Source of the DNA: Pocillopora damicornis
Taxonomy: Eukaryota
Length of the DNA stretch: 64,000 nucleotides
Reading direction: 5' to 3'
NCBI RefSeq assembly: GCF_003704095.1
Contig: NW_020843568.1
Span: 62,001 to 126,000, forward strand
Shown: positions 12,901 through 24,900 of the stretch, piece by piece
Layout: the number at the start of each line of letters is the position of its first letter
Numbering within the stretch: the first letter of the stretch is position 1
Made by a program: the position numbers and the translations under genes
The notes under the pieces: model-generated
Seen by the model: only the letters and a program-made list of their open reading frames with translations
Database searches by the model: none
What the model was told of the DNA's origin: nothing

Positions 12901-15900
12901 CAAATGAGGCGATTTTCAAAAGCAAAATTTCTTAGTTGATAATTTAATTGCGCAGGACACAATCATCCTCAATCCTTTTAACTGTACTTATGTTGGCCAA
13001 TTATTGCTACAAGGGACACCTAAGTTCTTTGCTGCTGATAATCGTTTCTTCTACTGACGGTTTTAACTGGTACATATGTACATTGACATGCGAATAAATA
13101 CATTGAAAAATTGTACCTCATATGTACATGTGTGTTTTAAAGACAAATGCCTGAACATTCATTATTGAATGTGTTGTGTTAATTTTTTTTCAGAAATTGG
13201 GCAGCCGTAGCTATCGTGTAATTTGTCTAAAACATCTTTAAAACAAATGTTATTATATCATTTAGAACATTCAGGAGGGAATTTTCTGGAATATCTGGAA
13301 ACATTCAGGGTAGTTAATCTGAGCCTCAATAAATTTAACAGCGAAGTTTTAACACCCAAAATTAAATCCAAATGATATATATTTTGTAGATGTTGTGCGT
13401 GACCGACCAGACAAGAAGTCAATCCTGATGTACGTTTCGAACTTGTACAACAAGCTAGCACCTGGCGTGACTCACATGACCGTACAAAGGAACGCTACGA
13501 GTACATCGTCACGCAAGATCGAGAAGTCGGAACACACTCATACCGTGTCGAAACGCACGATTAGCAGCACGTATCACACTGAACACACAGTGAAACACGT
13601 GAAAAAGGGTTATGATGAGAGAGAACCCGTGAGATATGTGACCACCACAAGTACCACAGTGAAGGAGCCGCCAATACAACACTCAGCCATTACCACTGTG
13701 GTAAGTCTACAATCATATCATATAATTATATCACATGTAAGTCACTAAAAAGCCGATTGAACTTGAAAGGTAAACCATAATTAAAGATATCGTAGAAATG
13801 TAGTTTGAGAGAAAGTTATGCTCCGACGATGTTCGAACACGTGATTTCCAGATACCAACTGAGCAACCAAGCCACATGGGTGTGAGGAAGATATGAACGT
13901 AATTTGCAATGGTGATAAAATGTGTTTTCAAATCTCAATAAAAGAAAAAAAATCTAATAAGTTACAATTCTCTCTGATTTCTCGCCGCGACAAACAGGAT
14001 GCTTGAGAATTTTTTCGTTTTCTGTCTCCAGGGCCTCTTTCGGCGTGTTTATTTTTATCGCTCTGTCTCGTGATATTCACACGTTTAGTGATCATAACTT
14101 AAAGTTTGTAAAGTAAGCAAAACAGTGTTGCTATTCAAATACCGAACACACTTAGTTGCAACAGTGAATAATCAAAATTCCTTCAAGTTGTCAGATTAGA
14201 TAAATCTTTGTAATGATATACGGTCCTGGAAACTAGAGCAATTATGACGGAAGCCATTAGATTCTACGTGGCGGTAATTTTCAATTCCTTATCTTCATGT
14301 TTACCAGGAAACTTGGAGAATCGCCCGAAAACTTTATAAGAGGTTCAACGTGCTATAAAGAATGCTCAAGAGCTGTTGTTGATGACCCATTTTTAAAAAT
14401 TTTTTTTTCATGCCCAGGTTGAACGTAGTCAGGAATCAGAAAGACCCGACTCCATGGTCAGTGAAACCAGCAGTATCCGAGATTCTGTCGGTTCGTTTAA
14501 AGAGTGGGAAGACTACAACACTGCGCTACAGGATGTTTTGAATTGGCTGTCAAAGGCAGAAAGAACTCTGGAATCACAAGAGAACATCTCTGGTGAAGTG
14601 GACGCCGTCAAAAAGCAGTTTCACGGACATGAGGTAAATACCACTTCCTATAAACCGACTTTGAGGTCTGTTATCTTTACAAGATATTAACTCGACATTT
14701 CATCAGTTCACGGTACATTTTGCTGTAGCTGGAAGCAAGGTTTTTAAAATAACACTTGAAAAAAATTTAATAGGTAGAAAGTATGGAACAATTTTATGTA
14801 TAATTTGTGGGAAAATCACTGAAATGCGCTCGCCTATTTGCCCGATTACGTGATTTTTATGCGTAGTTGAGGATGCGCCGTGCAATACTGAGGAATCACC
14901 TTGAGTTAAAAACATATTTATTTGAATGAGAAATTTTTTCAAGAAAAGTTTTTTCTAATTCCAGGACTTCATGATGGAGCTTACCTCTCATCAGTCGGAA
15001 GTGGGAGCTGTTTTAGAGTTTGGTAACCAACTGATTAGCGAGGGGCTTGTGAACGAGAAAGAAGAAACTGAGATTCGAGAACAAATGATCTCACTCAATG
15101 ACCGATGGGAGGCACTGAGAGTTGCGGCCATGGACAGGCAAACAAAGTAAGTAAAGCTGGTGCTAAACATTGTAGCTCTGGTGCTAAACTCTGTAGCGTC
15201 GACAGAAATAATAGATATTCGCTCGCAAAAACAGTGGCCCACAGTGCATGTATCAATTTTACTGGGAAACCGTCGGAAGTTAGACATGGTCAAATCCTAT
15301 GACACACAGTGGAAAAACTCTCAACGGTCTCAGTGATTCGAGAAATCTGATTGGCCCGCTATCTTGTGAAAATGCGTGATCGTAAAACCAGAAACAAAAT
15401 GGCTGGCATAAACACGCGTTTTTTGTCAGTCTATTTTTTTACGAAAATATTTTTCTTGTAAGGAAAAGTTAAAAAAAAAATCTTCAAAACCTTTATTTTA
15501 AAGTTTATTTTTCATCTCGATCATCTCTAATATACGGAACTTGAAATTTGTAAACGTCCTTACCTGGTACAATTTACTAAAATACGAAGAATCCATTATA
15601 GCCTCGTTTGCCCACCGGAATAAAGCTTTTCATGGCACAAAGAAAATATTACAAGATGTTAAAATAAAGCAAAGCTTACCTTACTCACAGCCGCGTTTGG
15701 TGGGCACCTAACCCTGAATGACACCACAAGAGATAATGTCCCCAGTTCTTCCCACACCTTTCACTGAACATGCATTTAGCGAAATTTTGCCGTCCATTTG
15801 AAAAGTTGAGAATGCCCACATCTCACCGTTACATGTAGAAAATGACATTGGATTTCAACAACGGTTGTCCAAAGTTCAATGTTCAACTTATACGAGCTTC

Positions 15901-18900
15901 ATAGAGCGTTGTAGTGTCCTCGGCCTCTCATGACCTCTGATTTTTAGGCAAAAACTGTACCTTAAAGTGTCAACCCAAATGTTTTCTCAAGCACGCCGTT
16001 GATTTCTATTTTGGACGTATTTCTTTTGAATGACTGTCTGAGAAATCTTTTGGAAGAAAAAATTTTCAAAGATTTTATTTTGTTTGCGGGCAGAATATTA
16101 ATCTTGCTTTTTGGAATAAAGAAAATATCACGGAGAAAATAATAGAGGAGGATATTACGCTTTCCCTGACGCGTGATCAGCGCGCGTCTTACAAGAATGT
16201 CGGCTTTATGGGCGAAAATCGCAATTAAGGAAAGTCTTCAATTTATCACTTGATGCCCTCATGGGCACGAAATCACCAGTGTTCGACAAGTGGAACTCTG
16301 TCGGCGTTCTAAGACGTATATACTTGTAGACATGTATTTTTAGCGTAACGTTTTCTAAAAATAGCACGCACCTGGTATACTGCTAGTAAGGCGATAGTCT
16401 GGGGAGACGTGAACACTGTTGCCTTTCGGGGCTTCAACAATTTGTTAACATTGGTGGAGAAAATTGAATTCTAAAATGTTGTGTTGTTGTTTCCTTGCGT
16501 CAGGCTTCACATACAGTTGATGGATCTCCAACAAAAGCAGATCAATTCCTTGGGCGACTGGCTGGCTGTGGCCGAAAAGCGAATCGAGAGCTCGGAAAAC
16601 ATTGGCTCTGATCTGGACACCGTGAAACGCCAGGTGGAAAATCACAAGGTATGAGATTCACTTTGTATTAATTTCCATGACTAATTTTTTAACATTGCAG
16701 GCATTTGTAAGTTCGTCGATTCCCTCCTTAAACTTGCTAAAGATTCGGAATCTTAGCGCTCGTAATATTGTATGAAGTGAAGGTAGGTGTGGCCGCACAA
16801 GGAGAACCATTCCACGGCTACGTAGTCTATTGACTAAATTTCCATTTGTTGGTATTAACCTTGTTGGGTCACACAGTTTTTCCAGGAAGACCTTGAGAAG
16901 CAGCAACTGCAGGTGAACTCACTGACGCACATGGTTGTTGTAGTTGATGAGAGCTCTAATGAGAGTGCAACCGCTGACCTGGAGGAACAGCTGGCGGTTC
17001 TTGGGGAGCGCTGGTCAAACGTTTGCAAGTGGACAGAGCAGAGGTGACGCAATCTTAATTAAGATTCTCTGTGTTGATGTCTGGGAAAAAATGTTTCCCC
17101 GCTCGCTCGAATTCTCTCGTCTCGGATTTGGTGTGCTGAAGTTTTTCTTCTCCCATTTGTATTTTTAAAGAAAGCGACCCTGTAAATGAACCCAAGTAAA
17201 ATTATGGACTATCCTATAAGGGGGATTTGCATGCCTATTATCACATGTTAAACGCCTCGTGTGGCTTATTAACGGAGGATTTTGGGGGCTGACAGTCTTT
17301 TTCATTTTATCTGCGATTTCTGCAGGATTGTTTGAGTGACGTGCCAAACGAAATTCTGTTTTGTTCAATCAGTGTGACGCTTGGTCGATCTAGTTCTTTC
17401 TTCTCGTCATCCTTTTGCATGGAAATTTAGTGTTATTGATGTGAGAAATTCTTTGTTGGTGATATACCAGGTGGTCTATGTTACAAGAAGTGTTGAAGAG
17501 TTGGCAACAGTACAGAGACGAAGAAAGGAGACTGTCTAAATGGTTGAAAGAAAAGGAATCACAGATTGAAGATATCAAGCACATTGACTTGGGCGATAGC
17601 GATGTTGTAAAGAAGACGGTGAAAATCTTAATGGTTAGTATTATGTGTGTCGTGGTGACCTTCCTCTTGCATAAAATCCCTAGTGTATTCTCTTGTTATG
17701 GTTTTTTAGTCTAAAACATCTTAAGAGGCGAAAAAATGTGATCCATTTACGATTTATGGTTTTTACTTCAATTTTGAGTTCTGGTATTCCGTTGCCATGG
17801 TAAAATTGAAGTTGGTCAGTATTTAATTTCTGCCAGTATTTAATATCTAGCATTATTTATATATTTTGGGCTGTAGTTGTTGAAGCTAGAAATTTATTTT
17901 TGTCTTCAGGTGTTGTGAACACCGTGTAACCAGTTTTATCCTTTATTTCTACTTTGGACAGGCTTTAGAGCAAGAGATGGAAGCACAACAGGCCACGTTT
18001 GGAACTTTTAATCTTGCTGCCGAGAAAGTCGCTGAAAACTTAGACGAGGACTCGCCTGGAGTCACTGAGATTCAAGACAAAATGGAAGAGTTTAATGACA
18101 GATGGAACAAAATTACCACAGAGGTTTCCAGTAGAATATCCCTGGTAAGGAATGGTCTGGCGCTCATCGAATATTACGAAAATAACTCCGCTTACGGGTT
18201 CTTCGTCTGGTTTTCTCCTGTTTTAAAGTTAAATTCTAAATAATTTTTACGTAAACTTCATAGAAAATCCAGGTAAATTGAAACGAGGACCTGCTGTGTG
18301 ACCTATCGGTCATGTGCTTTGAAAATACCAACAGCAACAGGATCTTTAATAATGTTGACGACAAAGCATACGCATGCGCTGTGAGGATTCAAGCCGATAG
18401 GGGATTTCACCTTTTACCGACCTTCATCAGCCGTAACGTGTCTATCGTTGGGTCTTTTGTATTTCTCGCGCCCTGTACGTTGCATCAAGAGTAAATGCTT
18501 ACTAAGAATTTTTGCTTTTAGTTGGAAGGTATGGACGTAAAACTGCAGCATTTTCTGTCTGACTTGGTTGATAAGAGTCAATGGATCACAGATACAGAAA
18601 CACTGCTCAAGTCCCCCGGGTTTAATCTGGATGATGAAAACATTTCTGGTGATAAAGTGGCTCAACAGAACGAACTGGTTGAGGTAATAGATGGAAAATG
18701 TATAGGGAAATTTTAGCTCGGTCTTCGAAGGGTAAAAGTCGCTATTCATTTGTGACGTGTAACGAGGGACATAAGACATTGTATTCCCAAAGCTAAATTC
18801 GTTGATCAATCACTAATGACTGGCTCTAGAAAATTTAATTTTCATGCCGCACCAGGTACTGCCCTGCAGTGCAAGGAAATACCCCGAAAGATCATAGCAT

Positions 18901-21900
18901 TCTGGGCGATGGAGTTACCAACGAGGTTTCTAAGCTCAGATCTTTGTATCTCGCTGTCTGATTTATTATAGAACTCGTTGGGGACACATATTATGATCAT
19001 ATTTCACAAGTATTCTATACAGTACCAGATCAGCAGCGATGAAAGCGTGATGAAAGAGTTTTAGTTGCATTATATTTTCGACTGTAAACTTGAAAACGAA
19101 TTGCGTGAAACAGACGGATTACATGTCTCAATCGCTCATGATTTGGATGTATTTTGAGAAGAGTTTTGTTTCGCCTCCACAGTCTCTTGACAACGCTAGG
19201 AGACAGAGGAAATCAAGCGTGACGACCGTGCAGAAAAAAGGAGAAGAGTTGATTGAGTACTGCCGTAGTCAAGGCAACATACCAGTGTCACTTGAACAAT
19301 CGCTTAGCAACTTTACCGACCGCTGGAATTCCGTAGGTAGCTTAATTGATGATCGCAGGCACAAAGCTTTGCTGGCACGTAGGAGGCGGGAGGTACAAGA
19401 CTTGATGATAACTCTTGAGGCAGTGATCAAGGATGTGGAAAGAGTTATTCACAAGTTTAGTGCTGAAGTCCCGGACAATGAGTATGAGATGAAATCACAA
19501 CTGGAATTATGTAAGGTGAGTGGGTGAAATCAAATTCCTTGTAGCTCAAAGTTCAAATGCGTGAAATTAAATCCCTTGTAGTTCACCTCCTATCTACTGG
19601 TTCTATTCTTAAATGATGGATTTGCACCTTTCTGTGATTTTGGGATCAGTTCTCTTCAATTCCATACTGATTTTCCTTTATACTCACCCGTGTTGGGTTG
19701 CCAGAAACCCGACTAAGCTAACGTGAGCGTTGATATTAACATAAACTGTTCCACTGTAGATAAAACTTGAGGAAATGACCGTCAATGAGGTCTCCATGAT
19801 CAAAGTGCGTGAACTGTCGCGGAATCTGAGTAAAGAGGACAGACATACCCCACACCTCCAGTCTGGAGTGAAACGACTGGATGACCGCTGGACAAAAGCG
19901 CAGGCGACTCTGGAGGATAGACAAAAACAGCTGACGGCCGCACTGGAGTCTGGGCCCCCAAAGCAGTTCCTCAGCACAATGGACGCCGTCCTGGTTAAGA
20001 TTAAGAGCATGGAGTCACAACTCGGCGCGGAGTTTCTTATTTCTGATACAACATCTCTTGAGGAACAGTTACAGAAGTACAAGGTGTGAAGGAGATTTAT
20101 GATTCATTTTTGTCTTAAGAAAAGTGTCATTTGAAGTGATTATCGTCAGAGGTTTACATTGAGTTCAGTATAAAGTCACTCAACTCCTTGATCTCGTTTC
20201 TCAGCACAGAGCTGAAAATGTTGTCTGCGAACTTAAGATATGTAGGCGACATAACAAGAGCCGGGTCATGAAGTCGAGGCGTCATGGTTATGCAGACAAG
20301 AGAGGAAAAAGATACAGAAGCGAAACAAGGCACTTTAAACAGCTGACCAGTATTTCTACCTTGTAACAAGACACAACTTACGCTATGAATTGCGAGGGAG
20401 CCTGAAAAAAGTTATTTATCTTCTTAAACATTCGTATTCCCTGTTATCGTCTGTAAAGACTGATATAGTTATTTTTCCTTAGTCTTCAATGTTCTTCGGG
20501 CCCACAGAAAAATCTTCATACGTAAGAAGTATTAATTTTCTCTTCAACAGCAACTGCAGGCGAACATGACTGAACAGCAAAGAAACATGGACTATCTCAA
20601 TAGCACTGGAGACAAGTTTGTTAAGTCTCTTCCCCGACAGCGATCAGAACAGCTCAGGATGAAGCTAGCAGATCTGAATGATAAATGGCGGGACATCAAT
20701 CTTCACGCCGAGAAGCGACAAAACCAAGTAAGAAAGCCATGTCCCTCCGAACCTCGTGATAAAATAAAACGTCTCTCTTTGGTTATTGATTTAAGTTTCA
20801 GAAACGCTTCTGATGAGCTCTCTTTAGTGGATAGATACCTTGTGAGAATATTGTCCTCAGGTTTTGCCAACAAATACTCTAGTCTTTGGATGGTGTTCTT
20901 GGAAAAACGTTCCTGTTTGTCTTGACCCGTTAACTCCCATGAGTGACCAAGACAGAATTTCTCCTTACAATAGCAATACAATATCAACCACATAAGTGGT
21001 AAGAATAAAGAAAAATATCAATTTGGGGATAATTTGTTGATCCAATACTAAAGTCTCTGAACCAACATTACAAGAATTGTATGGTTAACAGTAAGGAGAA
21101 TGACAAATTTGATCAGGGAGTTAAAGGGTTAACTTACTTTATCTGTCAGGTTGGAAAGGCCGTCAACCAAACTCGACAATTTACGGAAGAGATCCGAGGA
21201 TTGTTCAAATGGATGACAGACGCTAGTGATTTCCTTAAGGATCAGGAACCTGCCGCTGGTGACCCGGAAACGCTGGAGGCTCAACTGGACCAGAGCGAGG
21301 TCCGTTTTTTTTTTTTACTTACCTGCATTCTTACTTAATATCTCATGGAGAGAACATCCATCTCAGACATATACTGTAGCTGTGACAAATTGAAATAAGT
21401 GTAATCCAGATAAGCCTTGGAAACACTCGCATTTCGTTTTCAGAGATGATAGGCGGCAAAGTGAAAAAAAATTGAAATATGTTGATAATGTGGGTTACCG
21501 GAAGCTTTTTTTTAGGGTAACAATGTTTCTGTTGGCTCAATCTTTCTGTTTCTTCAATGTTGTTTTTCAGGCCTTGCAAGGCGATGTAACCAAGCTTCAG
21601 CGCAAGTTGGACTCTTTGAATGAAACCGGGACATACATGATAAGCAAAGCTTCACCAGCTTATGCCGATAAACTCAAAAACGAGTTGGATGAACTGAACG
21701 GACGCTGGGAAGAGCTGGTACGTGTGTCGCTCAGAGTGAAGGATAACTTGGTCGCAGCTCTTGAGAAATATCAGAAGTTGAGTCAGGACATGAAGGAGAT
21801 CAGCCATTGGATCATGCAGGTGGAGCGGTCCATTGTTGATGATGAGGGAGAGATCACGGGTGGTGGCATCACCAAGGAGAGGATGGATCATTATAAGGTA

Positions 21901-24900
21901 GCATTACGTGTCCAGGAAAAAGTAAGACTCGCCTTGCATTTTACATGAACTTGACTGCCGAATACCTCGTGACTCTAACAAGAGAAAGTTGTTCTCAAGA
22001 TGAGGGCGCAATCTTTTTGCGTTCAAAGCGATTTGGGTCGTAGGTGACTTTTGTTACAATTGGAAAATGTTCATGTTGGTGTTGTTATGAGGGTAGGGTT
22101 CAGGGGTCACGGAAAACAGCAGTTTCGATATGATTTTTCATAAGCGGCTGCCGATGTTGTAAACTGTGACTGTGCTCGGAAAAAGGTGTTGTAAAGCCCC
22201 TCCCTTCTTCTTCGGGAAATCAGGGGGTATGCTAAACAGAGGGCGTTATACCACCAGTAAGTGGATTTTAAGGGCTCGTGTGTTTTGTGTTAGAGAAAAC
22301 CTTCTATCCCCTGAAAGAAAATATTATCTTTGCATTTCTTTGCAAAAATAGTTTTCTTTTTGTGTTGCAAGCCAATAAAAGAGTCTGGAATTGATAATTA
22401 CCCTAAATTTTTGGCACAATTTTTTGTACAGGAACTACAACAAGATATATCCAAGCGCGCGCCAGTAGTTGTTCGAATCAACACGACTGGAAATCAATTG
22501 ATTGACCGCACAAAACAGGGCAGCCCTACCCTCTTGAAAGAAAACTTGAAAAAGCTGAATAGCGATTGGAACCGTCTGAAGACAAAGGTTGCACAGCGGC
22601 AGCACGAGTTCAAGCAGACTCAATTAGAAATGGAACAGTTTCATGTGTTGATCGAGCGAGATTATAAGCTGATTGGTGAACTGGATCGAGTTGTGGAGAA
22701 GAGTTATCACGTTCTCGAGGGGACTGAAACCGAACTTGAGGAAGCTCTAAGGGTACGTCAGGTTTATTTTAAGGTTCTGAAATTATAATAAAGTATAAAG
22801 GAACAGAGGGTTGGTAAACTGGGTTAAATTCACTCTTGCGGTTGACGCTTGGCACCATGGTTAGTCCCATGGACTCAGGATTGGAGGACTTGGTTGGAGC
22901 CTCGATCAGGTCACTGTGTTGTGTTCTTGGTCTACGCAATTTACTCCTATATAGACTAGCAATGCTTCCCTTTACCTCAGGGTTGGGTTGTTAATGGGCC
23001 AGAGGAGCAAACCATATTGGAAACTAGTCTTGTGGCTGAATGGTCACTTGCAGTGTACAAGCATCCCAGGCAAGGTAGTGACAGCCCTCCTTGTCGCTTC
23101 CTGCTACGGAAACCATGATAGGTTGTGACAGTAATGGGTGCTTAAAATCTTTCCAACATTGATTACCACATACCCTCTTTAAGCCACTTATCTGTGACTT
23201 TGCACATTACTTCTGTTTTCCTCCTTGTAGAATCTAAATCGTCATTTCGCAGCCATCAAGGAAAGCGGTCCAGGCTCGGTGTCAGATCTCGCCAGGCAGC
23301 TGACGAGCAAAAGAATCGCTGTAAATGTGATCAGAAAAGATATGGGAGAGTACGAGGTCAGTTAAATTCTCATTACCCTATAGAGGTTCGTGTTTCTTGA
23401 GTGATGATCAGTTTTCTGTAAATCCTTCTCCTTGCTCACCTAATCCTGGCTGCTTTTGTTATTATCAGGATCGGTTGTCCGTCATTAAGGGTAAAGTTGA
23501 CAAAACACGCCAGGTTCTTGAAGGAGAAATACAGCGAAGGCAGCAGATGAAGAAAGACTTGGAGACAATTAGGATGTGGTTTGTCAAGATTGAAGTTCTC
23601 ATCAACTCGAAACTCGCCAAACACGAAGAGATGGACGAGAGGGAAATGAAGGTAAATGACAAACCTAAACAAGGCACTGAAATAAAAAAGCAAATAGACA
23701 TTCTGACTGACTGACAGATTCAAGGAAAGAGAGCTGGAAAGACAGAACACAACGACTTGTTGGAAATTATTTGGCCATTCAGATGAAAAATTTACATATC
23801 TTTTATTCAGCCGGACTATGAAATAATCAACACATTTTTTAGTAAAACACCTTCGTAAATTATTTTTTTTTTCGTGTATAATGCAACTCGTACAAAGTAG
23901 CCGAAAAAGAAAATTAAAATCTTTCTTGAACCATTAAGAGTCAGATTGTACGACTTGTTCCTATGATAAAGACGCAAATGATGGGGATATCACAAGACGA
24001 CGTTGATTCTTCTTTTTTGTTAAAACAGGCTCTAGAGGAGGAGTTCTCTCTAAACCAGTCACTTATGAACTCAGTGGAATCAACGGCCACCGAACTCAGC
24101 AAAACCCCTAAAGGGTCTGTCTACCTTAAGGTGTTAAAAGATCTGGAGCAGATTAGACTGAAATGGACAACAATCCACACTAAGTTCGTAGACCTCAAAG
24201 AACAACCAGGTAAAAAACTAGATGCGGAGTTTGACAAACTTCATGGTCAGACATTGACTGATTTGGATAAAATACACAGAAGTGTGAAAAAGCTCAAGTT
24301 AGAATCTGCTGAGCCAAGGAATATCAAGGGTCTTTTGGATAAATGTATGGTAAGTTGTTCATATGGTAATGTTGTTCGTGAAGGTATACTCTGATGATTA
24401 TTTTTATACTATTATTTTGTTATCACAGTATTATTACTATTATATATTAATAATAATCGTTATCATTATTAGTAGTACCATTTCTTAGGATCTTCGTTTA
24501 TCGCTAGGCGTAAACATACAGTCTCATATCGATAACACTTTGCATTTGAGAATAATTTACTTCTTTATGAAAAGCACTCTTTACTTAAGCTGTACCGACC
24601 CTTCAGATAATTAAAAAAAAACAACATTCGTAAACTAAAAATATATTTTAACATCTTGAGACTCTGATTTGTTTTTTAATAAACTTTGTTTTGGAATTAA
24701 AAATTCTGGGTGCGTGACCCTAGCGTAAAATTGATGGAATGAACAATAGCTTTAATGCTTCGTGTTGATAAATCAGCTTTCCAAATTTACGTGAAAATAT
24801 GCACTGCTTGTTAGTTTTGGTTTCCAACTGATTTTCATATCCTAATTGAGCGTTCTGAGACTCGTTTCAAAGTTTATCAAGTCAATCCGTTGTTTAGATT

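Noticed and set aside
15330-15620. ATTGG box plus AAAATGGC motif suggesting an internal promoter in intron 11
   Set aside because: No compatible ATG-donor exon was found; it looks more like a decayed interspersed repeat.
19684-20082. Minus-strand ORFs antisense to dystrophin exons (also 14991-15293, 39330-39629, 45184-45495)
   Set aside because: Shadow ORFs of coiled-coil coding exons; Ser/Leu-rich with no independent splice structure.
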